DNA from: Rhynchopus sp. YZ270_cl-10
Lineage: Eukaryota
DNA length: 64,000 bases
Assembly (NCBI GenBank): GCA_964035575.1
Contig: OZ037834.1
Location: 186,001-250,000, forward strand
Reading direction: 5' to 3'
Positions within the stretch are counted from its first letter, which is position 1; every line of letters starts with the position of its first letter. Both the position numbers and the translations under genes were made by a program. The notes under the pieces were generated by a model. That model made no database searches. It was not told the DNA's origin and saw only the letters and a program-made list of their open reading frames with translations. Shown here piece by piece: positions 23,039 through 33,086 of this stretch.

Positions 23039-25618
23039 ATGCCAACCATGTGCCGTCTTGTGACACTGCTCACGCTAGCTTCTGCTGTGAGTCGTTCCGT
23101 TGCCTACGAAGAACCTGACTGCCCCCTCCAGAATGTTGTGCACTTTGCTGAAAGCAGCGACTTCGACCCGAACCTTCCCCTCACATTCGGTGGTGGCATT
23201 GTGATTGAGATGACGCTGACCACACCAAGTACTTATTCATACGGGGCACGTGTGTTCAGCTTTTCCAACTACGGTGAGGATGTTGTGAGTATGAGCACAG
23301 GGCGGAGTGGGTACTTATTGTTTGGTACCAGTCGGGGGTCTGGGAGGTGGTTGAGACTGAAAGCATCCAATTCTTACTTCGGCAAGACATTCACAGTTCG
23401 TGCTGTGATCCTCCCAGGAATCACTGCAGACAGCACAAAGGGGAAGTGTTTCTTGTACATCAACGGCACTCTCAGCAGTTCCGGAGACTGTCCCCTCCCA
23501 ACCTTTCTGGAACGTCGTGCAAACTTCATTGGTTACGGCCTTAGCCACAACCCAACTTTTAATGGCACAGTTGCAAAATTCACACTGAAGGCGTGCAAGG
23601 TGACTGCAAGTGTGCCCACACCACTGCCATCCCCACAGTGTGTTCTCCAGAACGTTGTGCACTTTGCTGAAAGCAGCGACTTCGACCCGAACCTTCCCCT
23701 CACATTCGGTGGTGGCATTGTGATTGAGATGACGCTGACCACACCAAGTACTTATTTATACGGGGCACGGCTGTTCAGCTTTTCCAACTACGGACGGGAT
23801 GTTGTGCGGATGAACGTAATGTTTGGTGGGGCGATCTTTTTTGGTACCAGTCGGGGTTTTGGGAAAGTGTCGGGTGGCAGGTCACGTCCCGGTTTCAACG
23901 GCAAGACGTTCACAGTTCGTGCTGTGATCCTCCCAGGAAGCACTTCAGACAGCACAACGGGACAGTGTCTCTTGTACGTGAACGGCATTCTCAGCGCCTA
24001 CGGAGTTTGTCCGGTCCCAACCTTTGTGGAACGTCGCGCAAACTTCATTGGTTACGACCTGAGCCACAACCCAACTTTTCAAGGCACAGTTACAAGCTTT
24101 GCACTGAAGGCGTGCAAGGTGACTCCAAGTGTGCCCACACCACTGCCATCCCCGCAGTGTGTTCTCCAGAACGTTGTGCACTTTGCTAATAGCAGCGACT
24201 TCGACCCGAACCTTCCCCTCACATTCGGTGGTGGCATTGTGATTGAGATGACGCTGACCACACCAAATAGACCCTCGGGAAGAAGAACACAGGCAGCTGT
24301 GTTCGGCTCTTCCAACAAAGGACAGGATGTTGTACGGCTGGGCGTAGAGCCTCTTGGGCATTTAGCGTTTGCTGTCAATCGGGGGTCTGAGAACTGGTGG
24401 ATACTGGAGACATCCAGTGCTTACAACGGCAAGACGTTCACAGTTCGTGTTGTGATCCTCCCAGGAAGCACTTCAGACAGCACAACGGGACAGTGTCTCT
24501 TGTACGTGAATGGCACTCTCAACGCCTACGGAGTTTGTCCCCTCCCAACCTTTGTGGAGCGTCGCAGAAACTACGTTGGTCACGACAAGTCTTTCATACA
24601 CGTACCTTTTGAAGGCACAGTTTCAAACTTCACACTGAAGACGTGCAACGCGACTGCAAGTGTGCCCGCACCACTGCCATCCCCACAGTGTGTTCTCCAG
24701 AACGATGTGCACTTTGCTGAAAGCAGGGACTTCGACCCGAACCTTCCCCTCACATTCGGTGGTGGCATTGTGCTTGAGATGACGCTGACCACACCAGGTA
24801 CCTCTTCATACGAGGCAGATGTGTTCAGTTCTTCCACCAATGGACAGGATGTTGTGCGGATGAGCGTACAGTTTGGGAAGATCTATTTTGGTGTCAGTCG
24901 GGGTTCTGGAGATATGACGGGTATCACATCGCGTGATAGATACAAGGGCAAGGCGTTCCGAGTTCATGCTGTGATCTTCCCAGGAAGCACTGCAGACAGC
25001 ACAACAGGGAAGTGTCTCTTGTACATCAACACTGTGCTTCAGGCTGTCTATTCAAGCTGTCAAATTCCAAGGTGGGTGGAGAGGACGACAAACACCATTG
25101 TCAACGACACTTCTAAGGGCATTGTTGCAGACTTCAGCATGCGTTCTTGCAACGAGTCTCTGTACACATTTGCACCGGCAACGGCTGTGCCGGACACAGC
25201 GCTGCCGGACACCTTAGCACCCGACACTTCTGCACCGCCGCCGAGGACAGCACACCCCGTCCCTCCTGGCGACAGTGCCGCACCGATGGTGCCGACAGAC
25301 AGCCCGAAGGGTGTTGCGACAGCACCCACAGGAGTGCCCACAGCACTGAACAACGCAACTGCCTTTGATGAAACAGATGCCCCAACGACTGCCGCACCAG
25401 AGAAGGACGACAGCGGGACACCGGGGTGGGTGTGGGTGATGGTTGGCCTGGGCGCCGTGGTTGTGCTGGTGGTGGGCGGTGTGTTGGTGTGGTTCTTCCG
25501 TCATGGGAACGCCATGTCTCGGTGCACGTTCGACGAATTCATCCAAGCGCAGGAGGATCTCGGAGTTTCGGAGCTGCTGAACTCTGGTGTGGAAGACCCC
25601 TCTACTGTCCACCTGTAA
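23039..25618 (+). CDS. Type I surface protein with 4 tandem about 173-aa beta-sandwich (LamG/ConA-like) repeats, paralog 1, 859 aa
   Basis: Signal peptide from ATG 23039, after a pyrimidine tract and AG. Repeats start CxLQNVVHFA and contain LYING and NFIG...F.G.V..F motifs. Pro/Thr stalk, TM helix, short tail. Confidence 0.88.
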   Translation: MPTMCRLVTLLTLASAVSRSVAYEEPDCPLQNVVHFAESSDFDPNLPLTFGGGIVIEMTLTTPSTYSYGARVFSFSNYGEDVVSMSTGRSGYLLFGTSRGSGRWLRLKASNSYFGKTFTVRAVILPGITADSTKGKCFLYINGTLSSSGDCPLPTFLERRANFIGYGLSHNPTFNGTVAKFTLKACKVTASVPTPLPSPQCVLQNVVHFAESSDFDPNLPLTFGGGIVIEMTLTTPSTYLYGARLFSFSNYGRDVVRMNVMFGGAIFFGTSRGFGKVSGGRSRPGFNGKTFTVRAVILPGSTSDSTTGQCLLYVNGILSAYGVCPVPTFVERRANFIGYDLSHNPTFQGTVTSFALKACKVTPSVPTPLPSPQCVLQNVVHFANSSDFDPNLPLTFGGGIVIEMTLTTPNRPSGRRTQAAVFGSSNKGQDVVRLGVEPLGHLAFAVNRGSENWWILETSSAYNGKTFTVRVVILPGSTSDSTTGQCLLYVNGTLNAYGVCPLPTFVERRRNYVGHDKSFIHVPFEGTVSNFTLKTCNATASVPAPLPSPQCVLQNDVHFAESRDFDPNLPLTFGGGIVLEMTLTTPGTSSYEADVFSSSTNGQDVVRMSVQFGKIYFGVSRGSGDMTGITSRDRYKGKAFRVHAVIFPGSTADSTTGKCLLYINTVLQAVYSSCQIPRWVERTTNTIVNDTSKGIVADFSMRSCNESLYTFAPATAVPDTALPDTLAPDTSAPPPRTAHPVPPGDSAAPMVPTDSPKGVATAPTGVPTALNNATAFDETDAPTTAAPEKDDSGTPGWVWVMVGLGAVVVLVVGGVLVWFFRHGNAMSRCTFDEFIQAQEDLGVSELLNSGVEDPSTVHL

Positions 25619-27775
25619 GCTCACAACTCTTCAACGGAAGGTGGGCCGCCGGCTGACGAGCGGTTGTGTACCGCCCCCGTTCACACTACGGTACGGGTAA
25701 GTCTACTTTGGTTTCTTTTTTTACATCTTCTGTTGGCCGCAGGGTATTTGTGCTTTCATCCGGGGCTGGCATCGTGCAGTGCGTCAGTCTGGGAGGTGCC
25801 TGCATCAAAAACTTCACTTCTTTTTTTTTGTTTTGGCCGTGCACGCTTTACGGACCAAGAGGACATTTATGTCCATTCAATTACTTAACATGGATTTTAC
25901 TCGGACTTTTTCAGTGTTTTTCAATGGAAATATTTGATGTGATATCTTTCCAAAGAAGCAAGATTCAATTTATTTTGACACTCTCATACACTGCCACAAA
26001 ATCGAGGTATTTTCAATTTTTCGACTTTTTCGGCTGATTTTTCAAAAATCGCAAAACAAAAAAATGGCTATTTTTTTACCGACAAGAAAAGTCGTTTTCT
26101 TGTGTGAGTCACTCATCAGAAAACGACTATTCTGAGGTGAAAACATGGTTTTGTCAAAATTTTTCCAACTTTGAGGCGCTTTTTGCACAGAACCTCATGT
26201 GCTGCCACACAATGTCCACCAAAAGGTGCCCTGTGTACCTGATTATCGATGCTTCACGCAATGGTATGTGGACGCCGTTTTTGTTTCGCCAGATACAAGA
26301 TAGTATGTCTTATGTTTCTTGTACCGTGTTTCAAAAAATATGGACCAGAATAATTATGGACCTTTTGCCGTGGCAGCGTGCCAACTAAACAAAAGACGAC
26401 GAGGTGTTCATTATTTTTTAATGGACCAATTTTTCTGGTCACTACTTTTTCAAAACACGGTACTTATTCCTCTTAACCCCCTCCCCTGCTCTTTGCTTTA
26501 GAAATCCTGTGGTACATGTACATGTATGTGTATGAACAGGGTCGATAAAGGTTTGTTTTCTTGAATTATTCAAAAAAGAAGTAGAAAAAAGTATTGCGTA
26601 CTGACCTTCATTCATCAAGAGTGGGTGAAAGTGATTTCAGATACAATACATACTGATTTCAAACACCCCCCATTCACCTCTCGCAAGGGAGGTATCCAAC
26701 CAAATTTGTTGTTGTTTCCGTTCTTTGCTTTTGTTTTTTTTTTTCCTTTTTTTTTTCGTTGTTTTGTAAATGAAGGAAATAGAAACGACGGAAGGTGCGT
26801 GCCCGCCAGAATTTAAGGTGACTAAGCACGAGAGGCTTAGGATCATCTTATAAACTTTTCTTTGTTTTGCTTTGCTTTTTTTGCTTTTCGTTGTTTTGTA
26901 AATGAAGGAAATAGAAACGACGGAAGGTGCGTGCCCGCCAGTTTGTGTTTCCTCACCCACTGCTTCTCTCTATATATCCTGACGTTAGTCTCTATTTTAC
27001 CGTAAGCGTACAAATAGTGGACCGTAAGTAATATGGACCGCACATTTTTACGGTCCACTATTGTTACGCCTACGGTATTTTAGTTTGGCTTTTCAGCAGG
27101 CTCACGATTATCCTAACCAACTTTTTAGGGACACGAGAGGGATTTTGTATTTCAAGTCAAATTTCCACGGTGTACCAAAGTACACTGTCAGAGAGGCTTG
27201 TAGTTCAAGAGACCTTTTCTTTTGCTCCAATGCGATAAAGATGGTGGTCAAAGATACGCACATGAACATTCATCAGCAGTACTGCACCATTGTACCCTTC
27301 CTCTCTCTTCCCAAGCTCTGTTTTTACATCCATATTTCAAAAGATTTCAGAGGAAAAAAAAAAAAAAAAAAGAAGAAAAAATGGATCATCACACCACACA
27401 ATTCATCTAATACCACTCCCCCATGTATCACCCATTTTGTCTTTTCCTCATCCCTTTTTCTTGCCTACCCAATGTTAGGCAGCGGGGGGGTTTGGGTACA
27501 TTGTTCTCACAGCACTGCTCTCCTAAGTCTCTTTCAATTGCTGAAGATTCTGTCCTCTTGCCTGCATGTGCCCCATGTGTGTTGATGGACACCCATTCTC
27601 CGTTGGTGCTGAGGTCGGAGGTTGCCCATGTGTGGGACAACATGTGCTGTGGTGTGGCCAAATGTTGTAATCTGCGTTCAGTGTTCCTGAGGATCTTTTC
27701 TTTGAAGTGACCAAGCATGAGAGGCTTGCCACCATCTTACTTTCTTTGCATCCACCACCCCACACACACAGATAT

Positions 27776-30700
27776 ATGCCAACCATGTGCCGTCTTGTGA
27801 CACTGCTCACGCTAGCTTCTGCTGTGAGTCGTTCCGTTGCCTACGAAGAACCTGACTGCCCCCTCCAGAACGTTGTGCACTTTGCTGAAAGCAGCGACTT
27901 CGACCCGAACCTTCCCCTCACATTCGGTGGTGGCATTGTGCTTGAGATGACGCTGACCACACCAAGTACTTATTCATACGGGGCACGTGTGTTCAGCTTT
28001 TCCAACTACGGACAGGATGTTGTGAGTATGAGCACAGGGCGGAGTGGGTCCTTAGTGTTTAGTGTCAGTAAGGGGAATGGGACCTGGTCGGCACTGAAGG
28101 CTGCCAATGCTTACAACGGCAAGACATTCGCAGTTCGTGTTGTGATCCTCCCAGGAAGCACTTCAGGCAGCACAAAGGGGAAGTGTTTCTTGTACATCAA
28201 CGGCGATCTCAGCAGTTCCGGAGACTGTACCCTCCCCATTTTTGTGGAGCGTCGTGCAAACTTCATTGGTTACGACCTGGATGACAGCAACCCAACTTTT
28301 GAAGGCACAGTTTCAAAATTCACACTGAAGGCGTGCAAGGTGACTGCAAGTGTGCCCACACCACTGCCATCCCCACAGTGTGTTCTCCAGACCGTTGTGC
28401 ACTTTGCTGAAAGCAGCGACTTCGACCCGAACCTTCCCCTCACATTTGGTGGTGGCATTGTGATTGAGATGACGCTGACCACACCAAGTACTTATTCATA
28501 CGGGGCACGGCTGTTCAGCTTTTCCAACTACGGAGAGGATGTTGTGCGGATGAACGTAATGGCTGGTGGGGCGATCTTTTTTGGTACCAGTCGGGGTTTT
28601 GGGAGAGTGTCGGGTGGCAGGTCACGTCCCGGTTTCAACGGCAAGACGTTCACAGTTCGTGCTGTGATCCTCCCAGGAAGCACTTCAGACAGCACAACGG
28701 GACAGTGTCTCTTGTACGTGAACGGCATTCTCATCGCCTACGGAGTTTGTCCCATCCCAATTTTTGTGGAACGTCGTGAAAACTTCATTGGTTACGACCT
28801 GGATGACAGCAACCCAACTTTTCAAGGCACAGTTGCAAGCTTCACACTGAAGGCGTGCAAGGTGACTCCAAGTGTGCCCACACCACTGCCATCCCCACAG
28901 TGTGTTCTCCAGAACGTTGTGGACTTTGCTAATAGCAGCGACTTCGACCCGAACCTTCCCCTCACATTTGGTGGTGGCATTGTGATTGAGGTGACGCTGA
29001 CCGCACCAACCAGAAGAAGAAGAATGAAGGTAGCTGTGTTCAGCTTTTCTAACTACGGACAGGATGTTGTGCGGATGAGCGCAGAGCCTAGTGGGCATTT
29101 ATTGTTTGGTGTCAGTCGGGGGTCTGGGAGCTGGTCGAGACTGAAGACATCCAGAGCTCAGAACGGCAAGATGTTCACAGTTCGTGTTGTGATCCTCCCG
29201 GGTAGCACTGCAGACAGCACAACGGGGCAGTGTCTCTTGTACGTGAACGGCATTCTCAACGCCTACGGAGACTGTCCCGCCCCAACCTTTGTTGAACGTC
29301 GTGCTAACTTCATTGGTTACGACGAGTCTTTGGCATACGCAAATTTTGACGGCACAGTTTCAAACTTCACACTGAAGGCATGCAACGTGACTCCAAGTGT
29401 GCCCACACCACTGCCATCCCCACAGTGTGTTCTCCAGAACGTTGTGCACTTTGCTGAAAGGAGCGACTTTGACCCGAACCTTCCCCTCACATTTGGTGGT
29501 GGCATTGTGCTTGAGATGAACCTGACCATACCATGGTTTTCTTCATACGGGGAAACTGTGTTCAGCTTTTCCAACTACGGACAGGATGTTGTGACTATGT
29601 ATACAAGGTCGGATGGGCAGGTACACTTTGCTGTCAGTCGGGGGTCTGGGACACTGTGGGGTATTGGGTCATCCACTACTTACCGCGGCGAGACGTTCAC
29701 AGTTCGTGTTGTGATCCTCCCAGGAAGCAGTGCACACAGCACAAAGGGGAAGTGTTTCTTGTACCTGAAAGGCATTCTCAGCTCCTTCGGAGACTGTCCC
29801 ATTCCAACCTTTGTGGAGCGCCGCGCAAACTTCATTGGTTACGACCTGGAGCCCAGACACCGAAGTTTTAAAGGCACAGTTGCAAACTTCACACTGAAGG
29901 CGTGCAAGGTGACTCCAAGTGTGCCCACACCACTGCCATCCCCACGGTGCGTTCTCCAGAACGATGTGCACTTTGCTAATAGCAGCGACTTCGACCCGAA
30001 CCTTCCCCTCACATTCGGTGGTGGCATTGTGATTGAGATGAACCTGACCACAACGAATAGCCCCACAAGAAGAAAGAAGAAGTCAACTGTGTTCAGCTCT
30101 TCTAACAATGGACAGGATGTTGTGCGGATGAGCGTAGAGTTAGGGAAGATCTATTTTGGTGTCAGTCGGGGTTCTGGAGATGTGAAGGGTATCACAGCGC
30201 GTAATGGATACCCCGGCTATACGTACCCAGTTCATGCTGTTATCCTCCCACGAAGCACTGGAGACAGCACAACGGGACATTGTCTCTTGTACATCAACAA
30301 TATGCTTCAGGCCTATTCAATCTGTCAAATTCCAAGGTGGGTGGAGAGGACTACAAATATTGTTGGTAACGACACTTCTCAGAGCACTATTGCACACTTC
30401 AGCATGCGTTCTTGCAACGAGTCTCTGTACACATCTGCACCGGCAACGGCTGTGCCGGACACAGCGCTGCCGGACACCTTAGCACCCGACACTGCTGCAC
30501 CGCCGCCGAGGACAGCACACCCCGTCCCTCCTGGCGACAGTGCCGCACCGATGGTGCCGACAGCAGGCCCGAAGGGTGTTGTGACAGCACCCACAGACGT
30601 GTCCACAGTCTTACACACAGTAGTCCCGACACCACTTCGTACCTCCGCACCCACAGCACTGAACAACGCAACTGCCTTTGATGAAACAGATGCGCCAACG

Positions 30701-30931
30701 ACTGCCGCACCAGAGAAGGACGACAGCGGGACACCGGGGTGGGTGTGGGTGACGGTTGGCCTGGGCGCCGTGGTTGTGCTGGTGGTGGGCGGTGTGTTGG
30801 TGTGGTTCTTCCGTCATGGGAACGCCATGTCTCGGTGCACGTTCGACGAATTCATCCAAGCGCAGGAGGATCTCGGAGTTTCGGAGCTGCTGAACTCTGG
30901 TGTGGAAGACCCCTCTACTGTCCACCTGTAA
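27776..30931 (+). CDS. Type I surface protein with 5 beta-sandwich repeats, paralog 2, 1051 aa
   Basis: Same architecture as paralog 1 with one extra repeat. Confidence 0.88.
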   Translation: MPTMCRLVTLLTLASAVSRSVAYEEPDCPLQNVVHFAESSDFDPNLPLTFGGGIVLEMTLTTPSTYSYGARVFSFSNYGQDVVSMSTGRSGSLVFSVSKGNGTWSALKAANAYNGKTFAVRVVILPGSTSGSTKGKCFLYINGDLSSSGDCTLPIFVERRANFIGYDLDDSNPTFEGTVSKFTLKACKVTASVPTPLPSPQCVLQTVVHFAESSDFDPNLPLTFGGGIVIEMTLTTPSTYSYGARLFSFSNYGEDVVRMNVMAGGAIFFGTSRGFGRVSGGRSRPGFNGKTFTVRAVILPGSTSDSTTGQCLLYVNGILIAYGVCPIPIFVERRENFIGYDLDDSNPTFQGTVASFTLKACKVTPSVPTPLPSPQCVLQNVVDFANSSDFDPNLPLTFGGGIVIEVTLTAPTRRRRMKVAVFSFSNYGQDVVRMSAEPSGHLLFGVSRGSGSWSRLKTSRAQNGKMFTVRVVILPGSTADSTTGQCLLYVNGILNAYGDCPAPTFVERRANFIGYDESLAYANFDGTVSNFTLKACNVTPSVPTPLPSPQCVLQNVVHFAERSDFDPNLPLTFGGGIVLEMNLTIPWFSSYGETVFSFSNYGQDVVTMYTRSDGQVHFAVSRGSGTLWGIGSSTTYRGETFTVRVVILPGSSAHSTKGKCFLYLKGILSSFGDCPIPTFVERRANFIGYDLEPRHRSFKGTVANFTLKACKVTPSVPTPLPSPRCVLQNDVHFANSSDFDPNLPLTFGGGIVIEMNLTTTNSPTRRKKKSTVFSSSNNGQDVVRMSVELGKIYFGVSRGSGDVKGITARNGYPGYTYPVHAVILPRSTGDSTTGHCLLYINNMLQAYSICQIPRWVERTTNIVGNDTSQSTIAHFSMRSCNESLYTSAPATAVPDTALPDTLAPDTAAPPPRTAHPVPPGDSAAPMVPTAGPKGVVTAPTDVSTVLHTVVPTPLRTSAPTALNNATAFDETDAPTTAAPEKDDSGTPGWVWVTVGLGAVVVLVVGGVLVWFFRHGNAMSRCTFDEFIQAQEDLGVSELLNSGVEDPSTVHL

Positions 30932-33086
30932 GCTCACAACTCTTCAACGGAAGGTGGGCCGCCGGCTGACGAGCGGTTGTGTACCGCCCCCGTTCACACT
31001 ACGGTACGGGTAAGTCTACTTTGGTTTCTTTTTTTACATCTTCTGTTGGCCGCAGGGTATTTGTGCTTTCATCCGGGGCTGGCATCGTGCAGTGCGTCAG
31101 TCTGGGAGGTGCCTGCATCAAAAACTTCACTTCTTTTTTTTTGTTTTGGCCGTGCACGCTTTACGGACCAAGAGGACATTTATGTCCATTCAATTACTTA
31201 ACATGGATTTTACTCGGACTTTTTCAGTGTTTTTCAATGGAAATATTTGATGTGATATCTTTCCAAAGAAGCAAGATTCAATTTATTTTGACACTCTCAT
31301 ACACTGCCACAAAATCGAGGTATTTTCAATTTTTCGACTTTTTCGGCTGATTTTTCAAAAATCGCAAAACAAAAAAATGGCTATTTTTTTACCGACAAGA
31401 AAAGTCGTTTTCTTGTGTGAGTCACTCATCAGAAAACGACTATTCTGAGGTGAAAACATGGTTTTGTCAAAATTTTTCCAACTTTGAGGCGCTTTTTGCA
31501 CAGAACCTCATGTGCTGCCACACAATGTCCACCAAAAGGTGCCCTGTGTACCTGATTATCGATGCTTCACGCAATGGTATGTGGACGCCGTTTTTGTTTC
31601 GCCAGATACAAGATAGTATGTCTTATGTTTCTTGTACCGTGTTTCAAAAAATATGGACCAGAATAATTATGGACCTTTTGCCGTGGCAGCGTGCCAACTA
31701 AACAAAAGACGACGAGGTGTTCATTATTTTTTAATGGACCAATTTTTCTGGTCACTACTTTTTCAAAACACGGTACTTATTCCTCTTAACCCCCTCCCCT
31801 GCTCTTTGCTTTAGAAATCCTGTGGTACATGTACATGTATGTGTATGAACAGGGTCGATAAAGGTTTGTTTTCTTGAATTATTCAAAAAAGAAGTAGAAA
31901 AAAGTATTGCGTACTGACCTTCATTCATCAAGAGTGGGTGAAAGTGATTTCAGATACAATACATACTGATTTCAAACACCCCCCATTCACCTCTCGCAAG
32001 GGAGGTATCCAACCAAATTTGTTGTTGTTTCCGTTCTTTGCTTTTGTTTTTTTTTTTCCTTTTTTTTTTCGTTGTTTTGTAAATGAAGGAAATAGAAACG
32101 ACGGAAGGTGCGTGCCCGCCAGAATTTAAGGTGACTAAGCACGAGAGGCTTAGGATCATCTTATAAACTTTTCTTTGTTTTGCTTTGCTTTTTTTGCTTT
32201 TCGTTGTTTTGTAAATGAAGGAAATAGAAACGACGGAAGGTGCGTGCCCGCCAGTTTGTGTTTCCTCACCCACTGCTTCTCTCTATATATCCTGACGTTA
32301 GTCTCTATTTTACCGTAAGCGTACAAATAGTGGACCGTAAGTAATATGGACCGCACATTTTTACGGTCCACTATTGTTACGCCTACGGTATTTTAGTTTG
32401 GCTTTTCAGCAGGCTCACGATTATCCTAACCAACTTTTTAGGGACACGAGAGGGATTTTGTATTTCAAGTCAAATTTCCACGGTGTACCAAAGTACACTG
32501 TCAGAGAGGCTTGTAGTTCAAGAGACCTTTTCTTTTGCTCCAATGCGATAAAGATGGTGGTCAAAGATACGCACATGAACATTCATCAGCAGTACTGCAC
32601 CATTGTACCCTTCCTCTCTCTTCCCAAGCTCTGTTTTTACATCCACATTTCAAAATATTTCAGAGGAAAAACAAAAAAGAAGAAAAAATGGATCATCACA
32701 CCACACAATTCATCTAATACCACTCCCCTCTATATATCACCCATTTTGTCTTTTCCTCATCCCTTTTTCTTCCATACCCAATGTTAGGCAGCGGGGGGGT
32801 TTCGGTACATTGTTCTCACAGCACTGCTCTCCTAAGTCTCTTTCAATTGCTGAAGATTCTGTCCTCTTGCCAGCATGTGCCCCATGTGTGTTGATGGACA
32901 CCCATTCTCCGTTGGTGCTGAGGTCGGAGGTTGCCCATGTGTGGGACAACATGTGCTGTGGTGTGGCCAAATGTTGTAATCTGCGTTCAGTGTTCCTGAG
33001 GATCTTTTCTTTGAAGTGACCAAGCATGAGAGGCTTGCCACCATCTTACTTTCTTTGCATCCACCACCACACACACACACAGATAT

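Noticed and set aside
25650..25697. Hammerhead ribozyme (CTGACGA followed by a stem)
   Set aside because: No GAAA core after the stem, and two of the five copies read CTGTCGA.
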